Positions 27,909-37,743 of a stretch of DNA of 64,000 bases are shown in pieces. The DNA comes from a virus (lineage: Duplodnaviria; Caudoviricetes). Within the stretch, counting starts at the first letter, position 1, and every line of letters begins with the position of its first letter. A program made the translations under genes and the position numbers. The notes under the pieces are model-generated. The model saw only the letters and a program-made list of their open reading frames with translations. It had not been told where the DNA came from and did not search any database. The stretch is taken from IMG/VR virus record IMGVR_UViG_3300009873_000001; one strand, 5' to 3'.

Positions 27909-28285
27909 AGTACGAGGCCACGCACGTCGTAGACCCTAGAGCCTTTGAGCAGCTGGTCCGTGTGGCCGGCGGGCGCGAGGAGCAATGGCAGAAGAAGCCG
28001 TTCTCTTACCGAGGCGCTTTGTTTTACCCGGGCATGATCGGGCTCTACCAGATTACAGCCGCTGAGCTGGTGCCAGCAGAGCAGTACCGAGGCAAGGCCT
28101 TCAGTGACCCATTCGGATCGTTCTCGCGGCCTGGGTTCTTGAAGCGGATCGGGCAGCGGTCGTACGTGTTCGCCGGATTTCACCGATTCGTGCTCGAGGG
28201 CACGCACCTCTCCGCGCTAGAACCAGAAGAAGGGCGTCCGGCGCCGCCTGACGGAAGTCAGGCAACGCTGTTCGCGGAGCCATGA
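27905..28285 (+). CDS. Hypothetical protein with C-terminal QATLF
   Basis: ATGA overlap with both neighbours. Confidence 0.65.
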   Translation: MKYEATHVVDPRAFEQLVRVAGGREEQWQKKPFSYRGALFYPGMIGLYQITAAELVPAEQYRGKAFSDPFGSFSRPGFLKRIGQRSYVFAGFHRFVLEGTHLSALEPEEGRPAPPDGSQATLFAEP

Positions 28286-28848
28286 CCATGCAGCCAGATT
28301 ATGCCGCCCTGTTGGCTTTTTATGAACGAGAGGGGCCGCCTGCACGGCGAGCCAAGAAGAAGCTCAAGAAGGAGCGCGCCGTCAAGAGGCGCGTAGCCAA
28401 GAAGAGGGCCGCAGCGCTAATTCCGCCGCCAGAGCCACGCGCGGCCAAGACGAGAAGGGCAAGGAGGCGCCCGGTTGAGATCGGGCGACGCGGGTGGGTG
28501 ACAACTAGGATCGCGCTTTCCATGAAGGACTCTGGTCCGCAAGAGGTCAAGGCGCAGGTACTAGGGCCGAAGGGCGTGTTTGCCATTCACGCCAATACGG
28601 ATCAGCGCGGGCTCTATGATCTCACGCATGTGCCCAGCGGAGCTCGCCTCAATAGCGCTTCGGCCGGCGCTCGCGGCCTAGCCAAGCTCAAGAAGCTGGC
28701 GCAGAAACTCGAGCTGGCGATCGACTGGGAAGATCCCAGGATCGTGCGTGATCACCGGCGCATGCTTGAAAGCGGCCAGGATTCGCGCTTCATGCGTGAG
28801 CTAGCCGGCAAGGTAGCCGAGGTGCGTCGACGCGTGCTTGGGCGGTGA
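28282..28848 (+). CDS. Basic hypothetical protein
   Basis: Lys/Arg-rich N-terminus; LTHVPSG motif. Confidence 0.65.
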   Translation: MTMQPDYAALLAFYEREGPPARRAKKKLKKERAVKRRVAKKRAAALIPPPEPRAAKTRRARRRPVEIGRRGWVTTRIALSMKDSGPQEVKAQVLGPKGVFAIHANTDQRGLYDLTHVPSGARLNSASAGARGLAKLKKLAQKLELAIDWEDPRIVRDHRRMLESGQDSRFMRELAGKVAEVRRRVLGR

Positions 28849-28896
28849 GCAAGTCGCTGAGTTTGGACTTCCTGATAGGCTCTACTTGGAGCCCTA

Positions 28897-30544
<1,648 letters not shown>

Positions 30545-30545
30545 C

Positions 30546-31634
30546 ATGGCTATCACAGGCGCTACGGATCTTGGCGACGGCCTGCTGGCAGTCACAGTCG
30601 ATCACGACCCGACGGTCACGGCCACGGACGCGCCGCTCGGATCGTTGATCATTGACAGCGGCGGCGTCTGGTACAGGAAGCTTGACAACGGGTCGTCCAC
30701 CAACGTGGGACGCCTGAGCGTCGGCGGGTCCAGTGGGCAAGCGCAGTATAGCAGCTCCAGCGGGCTGGCCGGGGCGGCCAGACTCACGATCGACGCAGCC
30801 GGGTACCCGACCCTCGGGGAAGCCACAACTACCACTCCCGCGTCGCCAGCGGCTGGCTCCACGCTGTTCTCGCGCTACCGCGCTGGACGACGCATGTCCG
30901 CCCAGATCGGCCCGGCTGGCGTGGACTATTCGTTCCAGCCGTCCTTGTTTGGAAACAAAGTCGGTTGGTGGACGGCGCTCGGAAACAGCACCACCGTCGC
31001 GCTGACAGCGTTCGGCAACACGGCCACCGGAACCGCTACCGCGAGGACGGTGGCCACGACCAATCTTTCCACTTCGCTGCGACGTCTGGCCTACGTGAGC
31101 GCGGCAACGGCCGGCTCGTCGTGCGGGACTAGGCACGGCGCTTCGCAGTTTTATCGCGGCGACGTGGCGGGGCGGGCTGGGTTCTTTTACTGCGCCCGTT
31201 TCGTGATCGACACGGTGCAGGCGGGCATGCGGTGGTTTGTCGGCCTGCTCAGCGCCGCCGGTGTGATTGGCAACGTCAATCCGAGCACGCTCACGAACAT
31301 AGTCGGGTTTGGAATAGACTCCGGCCAGACCACTGTCCGATTCTTCAACAACGACGGAGCCGGCGCGGCTACGGCCACAGATCTCGGGGCCAGCTTCCCG
31401 GCCACGACCGCGGCTGTCGTGTACGAGATCCGCTTGTTCTCGGCGCCTAACGGCGCCGATGTCTTCTATTCGATCGAAAGGCTCGACGTTGCAGCTTTGG
31501 CGGAGGGGAGCGTATCGGCCGACATTCCGGCGAGCACAACGCTGCTCGCTCCGCAAATCTGGATGAACAACGGCACCACGGCAGCCGCTGTAGCTATAGC
31601 GGCGATCACCCAGTACATCGAGACCGACAACTAA
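30546..31634 (+). CDS. Fibre/spike protein with lectin-like C-terminal beta domain
   Basis: Thr/Ala/Gly-rich; C-terminal pattern (ARF..WFVGL..TATDLG..YEIRL) resembles the 43.9-51.5 kb family. Confidence 0.6.
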   Translation: MAITGATDLGDGLLAVTVDHDPTVTATDAPLGSLIIDSGGVWYRKLDNGSSTNVGRLSVGGSSGQAQYSSSSGLAGAARLTIDAAGYPTLGEATTTTPASPAAGSTLFSRYRAGRRMSAQIGPAGVDYSFQPSLFGNKVGWWTALGNSTTVALTAFGNTATGTATARTVATTNLSTSLRRLAYVSAATAGSSCGTRHGASQFYRGDVAGRAGFFYCARFVIDTVQAGMRWFVGLLSAAGVIGNVNPSTLTNIVGFGIDSGQTTVRFFNNDGAGAATATDLGASFPATTAAVVYEIRLFSAPNGADVFYSIERLDVAALAEGSVSADIPASTTLLAPQIWMNNGTTAAAVAIAAITQYIETDN

Positions 31635-31643
31635 GGAGGGTCC

Positions 31644-31925
31644 GTGGCTGTACCAGCGCTTGTGATCGTGCAAGAATTCAAGAACTTCGAACTCGACCCT
31701 AGCGACTCCACGCGTATTCAGTTCCTGGTCGAGTACGATATCAGCTTCGTGCCTGACGAAACCGCGCCTCCACAGTCTCAACAAGCTACGATCAACGTGG
31801 CGGTCGAGGGGTTCAGCAAAGCGGTGGTCAGGGCGGCTACGCAGAACTATATCATTGGAGCAGTGACGGCCCTGGGTGGGTCGATCACAGTCTCACAGAT
31901 CTTCACGGTGGCAGACCTCGTCTAG
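31644..31925 (+). CDS. Small structural protein, tandem copy 1
   Basis: AAGGAGG RBS; highly similar to next gene. Confidence 0.8.
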   Translation: MAVPALVIVQEFKNFELDPSDSTRIQFLVEYDISFVPDETAPPQSQQATINVAVEGFSKAVVRAATQNYIIGAVTALGGSITVSQIFTVADLV

Positions 31926-31945
31926 AAACTACAAAGGAGAACGCC

Positions 31946-32227
31946 ATGCCAGCCCCGAGCCTAGCGATCGTTCAGTGCTTCAAGAACTTCGAACTCGACC
32001 CCAGCGACTCCACGCGCATTCAGTACCTGGTCGAGTACGACCTCAGCTTCGTCCCCGACGAAACAGCGCCTCCTCAGTCTCAACAGGCCACGATCAGCCT
32101 GCCGATCGCCGGGCTGTCGAAGGCGGTGGTCAAGACAGCCACGCAAGACCGTATCATTGCGGAAGTGGCTGCCTTGGGCGGGTCGATCACGGCTGCTCGG
32201 ATCTTCACGGTGGCGGACCTCGTCTAG
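31946..32227 (+). CDS. Small structural protein, tandem copy 2
   Basis: FKNFELDPSDSTRIQ..VPDETAPPQSQQATI..IFTVADLV shared with copy 1. Confidence 0.8.
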   Translation: MPAPSLAIVQCFKNFELDPSDSTRIQYLVEYDLSFVPDETAPPQSQQATISLPIAGLSKAVVKTATQDRIIAEVAALGGSITAARIFTVADLV

Positions 32228-32242
32228 CCAAAGAAAGAGCGA

Positions 32243-33109
32243 ATGAGCGTTCACCAGTACACGATCGACGCCGACGGGACCTTCCCAAACAAGAAGGTCG
32301 ACCTGCAGCGCTTCGAACAAGAGATCCGCGCCAGCGACGACATACTCGTGGCGTTGGACTCAGTTTCGATCGCTGGCCCAAACTGTGTGATCGTGTTCAA
32401 GGCCGACTTGCCCAACGAGCAGATCCTAGCCTTGGAAGCGCTGGTGTTCGCTCACTCCGGTGAGTCGATTCCGGCGGTCGAGCCAAAACTGACCAGCGAG
32501 GGCGTGGCACTCACCACACCCCAGCCTCAGAAATTCGGCTTCGAAATGTGTGATCGGGACTTCAAGCTCGTGACGTGCAAGGTTGCGCAAGACGACGCGG
32601 TAGAGGACCTGAAGGTCAATCCCGTGACGCTCAAGGAGGAGGCCTGGGCTGGGCCTGAGCTGGCGCTCGTCGGAGTTTTCAAGGCTGGCGACCCGAGCAT
32701 GGAGCTGTGCGCCAGCCAAGCCGACGCTGACGCGAACGGCGTCCTGAGCGTATTCGAGTACAAGGCCTACAACCAAACCGACGGCACAACCCAAATTCCG
32801 TACAACATCCGCAACGGCGCGATCGTGAAGGATCCAGCGATTCCTGTTGGGGAGCGATTCGCTCACCGCGCCTACGTGATAGCGGTTCCAGCTCTGGGGC
32901 CAGCCTACTTTGTCAGGTTGTTCGACGGTTACTTGGCCGCGCACCCTGACGACCTACTCGACGTGGAATCACCGCAGGCCAAGCTCCTCGATCCAGCCCC
33001 GGCGCCGGGCGCAGCCAACGCGGTCAGGATCTACGTCTATCACCCGCAGGGGCAGAGCAACGCACACGTTCTGTGGATGCTCACCTACCGGCCGACCGGA
33101 ACGTTCTAA
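32243..33109 (+). CDS. Hypothetical virion protein
   Basis: Long ORF ending the fibre block. Confidence 0.65.
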   Translation: MSVHQYTIDADGTFPNKKVDLQRFEQEIRASDDILVALDSVSIAGPNCVIVFKADLPNEQILALEALVFAHSGESIPAVEPKLTSEGVALTTPQPQKFGFEMCDRDFKLVTCKVAQDDAVEDLKVNPVTLKEEAWAGPELALVGVFKAGDPSMELCASQADADANGVLSVFEYKAYNQTDGTTQIPYNIRNGAIVKDPAIPVGERFAHRAYVIAVPALGPAYFVRLFDGYLAAHPDDLLDVESPQAKLLDPAPAPGAANAVRIYVYHPQGQSNAHVLWMLTYRPTGTF

Positions 33110-33165
33110 TCGGGGGTGGACGTCGTTCTTCTGCGATACCGGATTGAGAAGCCTTAGTACAGCCA

Positions 33166-33192
33166 AAGACCCTCGCTCAGGGCGAGGGTCTT
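33166..33192. terminator. Hairpin ending the fibre block
   Basis: aagaccctcgc-tcagg-gcgagggtctt, 11-bp stem. Confidence 0.55.
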
Positions 33193-33305
33193 CGCTGGGG
33201 CACTGCCGGCTGTCCGGTCGGCCCTCCACCAGCTCCGCGGTCGCCGCTTGCGCCGCGACTCGCGATAGCGTTAGAATGCTAGCCGCTTGAGAGGCTCCTA
33301 GTCAA

Positions 33306-33518
33306 GTGGCTAGCAGCGCCCTTGAAGAAGAAGACGACGAGGTGCGCTGTTCTTTTTGCGGCGCCTTGGCTGACCATACTTGGTGGGGCTGGTGGTGCCA
33401 GGCAAACTGCCAAGACAAGGCACGCTGCCCCAGGTGCAAGGGGCCGGCTCGCCGTGGGCCGGAGCGGTGGAGCTGCGTGAACGAGGCCTGTGCTGGCCAC
33501 GTCAAGGACGGGAGGTAG
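33306..33518 (+). CDS. Small Cys-rich Zn-finger protein
   Basis: CSFC, CQANC, CPRC, CVNEAC. Confidence 0.55.
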   Translation: MASSALEEEDDEVRCSFCGALADHTWWGWWCQANCQDKARCPRCKGPARRGPERWSCVNEACAGHVKDGR

Positions 33519-33526
33519 CTGTGCCC

Positions 33527-34114
33527 ATGCCTCGCGCGGTTGGTGAGTCGGTGCCACCTTGTCCGCATGGCTACTGGGAACATAGCCAGCTCAACCGCTG
33601 CCCATGGTGCCACGGACGCGACGCTCACAACGCGGAGGCCGTGCCGGTGGCGAGCGGCCCTGGCAACGGCTGGCTGCTCAAGCGCGGCGATCCGATCTGC
33701 GTGGGCTGCGGCGGTCCTGGCTGTGCCGGCTGGGGCCTGCTGCCTTCAGGCGCTGAGTCGTGGACGCCCGAGCAGCACCACGAGTACCGACAGAGCCAGG
33801 TGCTCTGCTATGGCTGCTCTGTGAACGGGCTAAGAATGCCGATCCGGGAGGTCGAGCGCCACTCGCCAGCTCCCGGCATGAAGGGCGTGCGGGTCGTCGA
33901 ATCCGGCGGCGAGACCTATTGGCAGTGTGAGACGTGTTGGCGGTGGGGCCGCCCGCGCTGGGCGCACGCCTGCGGGTCGGGTGGCAACTGGCACAAGACC
34001 GTGCGTGAGCTCGAAGAGGGCGCCAGCCGTGGTGTGGCGCCCGCGCGGGTCTTCGCTACCGCTCCCGTGATCACGCAGCCGTTGCCGTTCGAGCCTGGCA
34101 ACGAGCAGTTCTAA
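33527..34114 (+). CDS. Multi Zn-finger protein
   Basis: GGAGG RBS; CPHG..CPWC, CVGC..C, CYGC, CETC. Confidence 0.6.
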   Translation: MPRAVGESVPPCPHGYWEHSQLNRCPWCHGRDAHNAEAVPVASGPGNGWLLKRGDPICVGCGGPGCAGWGLLPSGAESWTPEQHHEYRQSQVLCYGCSVNGLRMPIREVERHSPAPGMKGVRVVESGGETYWQCETCWRWGRPRWAHACGSGGNWHKTVRELEEGASRGVAPARVFATAPVITQPLPFEPGNEQF

Positions 34115-34929
34115 TGGCCGATCAGCACCTACGCCGCCTCGAGCGCGATCAGGCCGGCTGGCGCGAGCAGATCGCCGCGGGAAGGCGGGCCGGGAAGTGG
34201 GCGCTCGCACAGTGTGCGGCCGGCCGGTTCGCACTTGAAGGACAGCGCGTCAAGTCAGACTGCCGGGTCGACTACGATCTCGTTCAGGCCTGGGCTCTTG
34301 ATCTGCCTGGAGCAGCGACTGCAATACGGGAGTTCCGCCCGCACATTGCCGCCGACAGATCAGACCCCAACGAGTCGCGGTGGTTGGTGGTGTGGGCTGC
34401 CGGAACGCCGCACGCGAACGCCGGCCCAGCGCACCTCCACGAATCGTCGCTCATGATCCTCAACCCTGAAGGCGCGGCGACGGCGGTAAGTATTGAGTCA
34501 TGTCTGGGGCCGACACGGGCCTGGGATTCCACCGAAGGCGGGCACAGGTTCTGCAGGTTTGTTGGCTATGCGATCGACGGGCGCCGAGACGACAGGGCTC
34601 CAAGGCTCTGGGGTGGCGCGTGCGGCGGACACCACCCGACCATGCCAGCCATGCAAGGCCACCATTACGACAGGCACCCGGAGGGCTGCAATGCCCCGTT
34701 CGGTTCGTTGTGCTGGACAGAGCTCAAACGCCTGCACGGGTTGGTTATGACGCTGGGGCGCCTGCCGAGTCGTGAAGAGTACATGACCGCCGCAGAGAAA
34801 GAGCCAAAAGGTGCGCAGGTCAGGACAGTCCTGGCGTCTGGTCGGCTGGCGGCCCCTCGTCAGAGGCGATCCCTTCCGCGCATTCCACCCACGTCGCTCA
34901 CGAGCGCTAGCTTCAGGTCCGGGCGGTGA
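34114..34929 (+). CDS. Hypothetical protein
   Basis: TAATG coupling; N-terminus MADQHLRRLER. Confidence 0.6.
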   Translation: MADQHLRRLERDQAGWREQIAAGRRAGKWALAQCAAGRFALEGQRVKSDCRVDYDLVQAWALDLPGAATAIREFRPHIAADRSDPNESRWLVVWAAGTPHANAGPAHLHESSLMILNPEGAATAVSIESCLGPTRAWDSTEGGHRFCRFVGYAIDGRRDDRAPRLWGGACGGHHPTMPAMQGHHYDRHPEGCNAPFGSLCWTELKRLHGLVMTLGRLPSREEYMTAAEKEPKGAQVRTVLASGRLAAPRQRRSLPRIPPTSLTSASFRSGR

Positions 34930-34965
34930 CCTAGCTGTCAGTTCGTTTTGATAGATTGTCGCTCG

Positions 34966-35823
34966 GTGAGCGACGCCCAACTCAGAGAAGTAGAGCGAGA
35001 AGTCGAAGCGCTGCCCGAGGCGCTTCAGCGCTATCGCGCGCAGTTGCTCAGGAGCTGCTCGTTCCTGGAGTGCTGGCTGTGCGGCACGCTCGTGCCCGAG
35101 CCGCTCATGTCGGACCACGACAAGGTCTGCAGAGTTCAGTCGTTGCCGAACAGGAATCTTCAAGGACAGCCCTTTGGAACCTTCACCTCGTTTCAACCTG
35201 TTCAGCATGCCCAGCCAGTGTCAGGCGGCCATGTAGTTCCGCAGCCGCGTCAATTTGGCGCCCGGCCGCGACGCGAGCCGCTCTATGACACGGTGTCCTT
35301 TACTGGCAGCATTTGCTGTAGGCCGCGCAAGACGATCTTCTACATTCGCGGCGCGCTCGACAGCACTAGGACAGTTTGTCAGTTTCTTGGGCCAGCCAGA
35401 GACGCAAAGGACTCTTGGCTGACGAACATTCCAGGCAGCGGAACCTGGCTCCCTCCAAGCCATGCGTTCTTCTGGTATCGAACGACATTGGCCCCAGACG
35501 TTGGCCAAGACGTCGGGTCCGTCCTGAGCGTGTGGCGCAACGGGCGGCTTCGATTTCAACACCAACAGACTGAACTGCTCGAATGGCCGTGCATGGCGAT
35601 CATGACCGATCCCAAGTCCCTGCCCAAGCTCGAGACCGGCGAGTTGGTCGGCTTGGCTAGCGTCAGGCCGCGGGCTGACGTCACAATCGCCGGCCAGCCA
35701 GTTCAGATCCACGGGCAGGAGAGGATCGAGTTCGCACTCGACGTGCCGGTGCCGCCGGCCAATCCGGTCAAGTTCACGGTTCTCATGTACGGCATGCACT
35801 TGAGACCGATCGCTGGAGACTAG
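34966..35823 (+). CDS. Paralog of the putative single jelly-roll capsid protein with N-terminal helix and Zn finger
   Basis: RPRREPLYDT, LTN..LP..H..WY, DVTIAGQPVQI, LMYGMHLRPIAG align with 13514-14152. Confidence 0.7.
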   Translation: MSDAQLREVEREVEALPEALQRYRAQLLRSCSFLECWLCGTLVPEPLMSDHDKVCRVQSLPNRNLQGQPFGTFTSFQPVQHAQPVSGGHVVPQPRQFGARPRREPLYDTVSFTGSICCRPRKTIFYIRGALDSTRTVCQFLGPARDAKDSWLTNIPGSGTWLPPSHAFFWYRTTLAPDVGQDVGSVLSVWRNGRLRFQHQQTELLEWPCMAIMTDPKSLPKLETGELVGLASVRPRADVTIAGQPVQIHGQERIEFALDVPVPPANPVKFTVLMYGMHLRPIAGD

Positions 35824-35825
35824 AC

Positions 35826-36323
35826 ATGCGCGCTCTTAGTTTGCACCAACCCTGGGCAAGCGGACTCGCGGCGGGCGTCAAGCCTGAAGAGACGCGCTCC
35901 TGGTCGACCACCTACAGAGGCCTGGTGGCAATTCATGCTGCTAAGCAATGGAACCGCGACCAGCGAGAAGCTGCGCTGCGGCTCTTGCCCGACTTCGAAG
36001 GCTTCACCGCTTTGGGCGGCACGGGCATGGTTGCCGCGGCGACCTGGGTTCAGGATCCGCAGGCTTGGCCGCGAGGGGTCGTCGTGGGTGTAGGCAGGCT
36101 GGTCGACGTGGTCCCGATCGAGCAGCGCACGGCGAATCCGTGGGGTGACTTCACGCCTGGGCGTTTTGCTTGGTTGTTCGAAGATCTTCGCCCGCTCACG
36201 AAGCCTTGGCGTCTCTGCGGACGTCAAGGCCTTTGGACGGTCGGAGCCGGCGACGAGGCCGCGATCTTATCGCTGCGCGCGCCCAAGAAGGCGAGTTCTG
36301 CGAGAGGGGTGCCCAGTGACTGA
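35826..36323 (+). CDS. ASCH domain protein
   Basis: ALSLHQPWA..G.K..ETRSW..YRG..AIHA; G.QGLW. Confidence 0.9.
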   Translation: MRALSLHQPWASGLAAGVKPEETRSWSTTYRGLVAIHAAKQWNRDQREAALRLLPDFEGFTALGGTGMVAAATWVQDPQAWPRGVVVGVGRLVDVVPIEQRTANPWGDFTPGRFAWLFEDLRPLTKPWRLCGRQGLWTVGAGDEAAILSLRAPKKASSARGVPSD

Positions 36324-36576
36324 GATCATTCACGCGCCAGTGCTCATTGTCGCTTTGCAGCGGGGCAAGACCGTTGAGATCCTGTACAAGAATCACCGCG
36401 GCGAAACGGGAAAAAGGCAGATCATTCCTGAGTGCTTGTGGCTCGGAACGACGGAATGGCACCCGCGGCGCCAGTGGCTGCTCGACGCCTGGGACGTCGG
36501 CAAGCAAGATCGCAGATCGTTCGCTCTCTCCGAGATTCACGAAGTCAACGGAGTGGCGGTGGCTCAGCCTTCATGA
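36316..36576 (+). CDS. Stand-alone WYL domain protein
   Basis: ILYKNHRGETGKRQIIP..WLLDAWD..KQDRRSFALSEI. Confidence 0.85.
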   Translation: MTEIIHAPVLIVALQRGKTVEILYKNHRGETGKRQIIPECLWLGTTEWHPRRQWLLDAWDVGKQDRRSFALSEIHEVNGVAVAQPS

Positions 36577-37535
36577 TCCAGGTGCTGGTGGTCGGCGGCA
36601 CGGGCATGCTGGGAAGCATGCTCGTGGACGTGCTCTCGAAGAACCCCAACCTGCGGGTGCGCTCGACGTTCAATCGCAGGGTGCTCGAGACGTTCCCGGC
36701 CAACGTGCAACAGATCAGATACACAGCCTGCCGCGGCCTGCCACAGGGGATCAGAGCCGCGTTGCGACCGAAGGACTGGATCGTCAACGCTGTGGGCGCA
36801 GCAGAGCGCGGATTCAGGAGCGAGGCTTGGGTCTCCAGGAATGGCGGTAGTGACCCAGCCTTCACGCGCGCCGCAATAGAGGCGAACGCGCTCTTGCCGC
36901 TCGAGCTGCTCGACGTCAGTCAGGAGACTGGTTGCAGCGTGCTGCAGGTCGCTACAGATTGCGTGTACTCAGGCCTGGGCGGAGAAGCTGGCAGCTATGT
37001 GGAGCGCTGTCCGCATGACGCGACCAGCGTCTACGGCAAGACCAAGAGCCTAGGAGAAGTGCGTGGCGACCGGTTCTTCAACCTCCGCTGTTCCCTTGTG
37101 GGCCCTGAGCCTTGTTCAGGCGGCAAGTTTCTGTTGGAACAATTCCTAGCCCACCCGCACGGGGCTCGCGTCGACGGGTACATCAACCACCGCTGGAACG
37201 GCGTGACGACGCTGGCCTTTGCCAAGATCGCAGAAGCGATCGTGCTAGGCGAGGTGCCGGAGCTCGTGCGCGATCAGCACCTCCTGCCATTCGACCAGGT
37301 GAGCAACTACGTCTTGCTGCTCGAGCTGTCGCGCCTCTTCCGCCGCTTCGATCTGGAAATCTCTCCTGGCGATTCCGGTGATCCGTTTGACCGTACGCTC
37401 GGCACTATGGAGCCGCATATCAACGACAGCCTTTGGCGCGCCGCCGGCTACTACGGACCGCCCAAGATCTGCGAGCTGCTCGAACAGCTGGCCAAGCACA
37501 GCTACTTCTTCAAGCGGCCTAGCGGAGACGCCTGA
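36573..37535 (+). CDS. rmlD: dTDP-4-dehydrorhamnose reductase-like SDR
   Basis: GGTGMLG, VNAVG, ATDCVYSG, YGKTKSLGE. Confidence 0.85.
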   Translation: MIQVLVVGGTGMLGSMLVDVLSKNPNLRVRSTFNRRVLETFPANVQQIRYTACRGLPQGIRAALRPKDWIVNAVGAAERGFRSEAWVSRNGGSDPAFTRAAIEANALLPLELLDVSQETGCSVLQVATDCVYSGLGGEAGSYVERCPHDATSVYGKTKSLGEVRGDRFFNLRCSLVGPEPCSGGKFLLEQFLAHPHGARVDGYINHRWNGVTTLAFAKIAEAIVLGEVPELVRDQHLLPFDQVSNYVLLLELSRLFRRFDLEISPGDSGDPFDRTLGTMEPHINDSLWRAAGYYGPPKICELLEQLAKHSYFFKRPSGDA

Positions 37536-37538
37536 CGC

Positions 37539-37736
37539 ATGACCGACGCAGAGAAGATTCAGAAGGCCATAGAGAAGATCGAGCGCTTCGGCGGCTTTGA
37601 GGGCGGTCACCACAAGCAGTGGGTCATTGACCAGGTCGTTAGAATCCTGCTCGCCGAGCAGTACGAGTCGTGGCTCGCGGACATGAATTCAGATCCAGAG
37701 AGCTACGACCCCTGGGACCACGGCATTGCTCCGTGA
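37539..37736 (+). CDS. Small phage hypothetical protein
   Basis: GGHHKQWVIDQVVRIL..WDHGIAP. Confidence 0.7.
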   Translation: MTDAEKIQKAIEKIERFGGFEGGHHKQWVIDQVVRILLAEQYESWLADMNSDPESYDPWDHGIAP

Positions 37737-37743
37737 GGCACGC

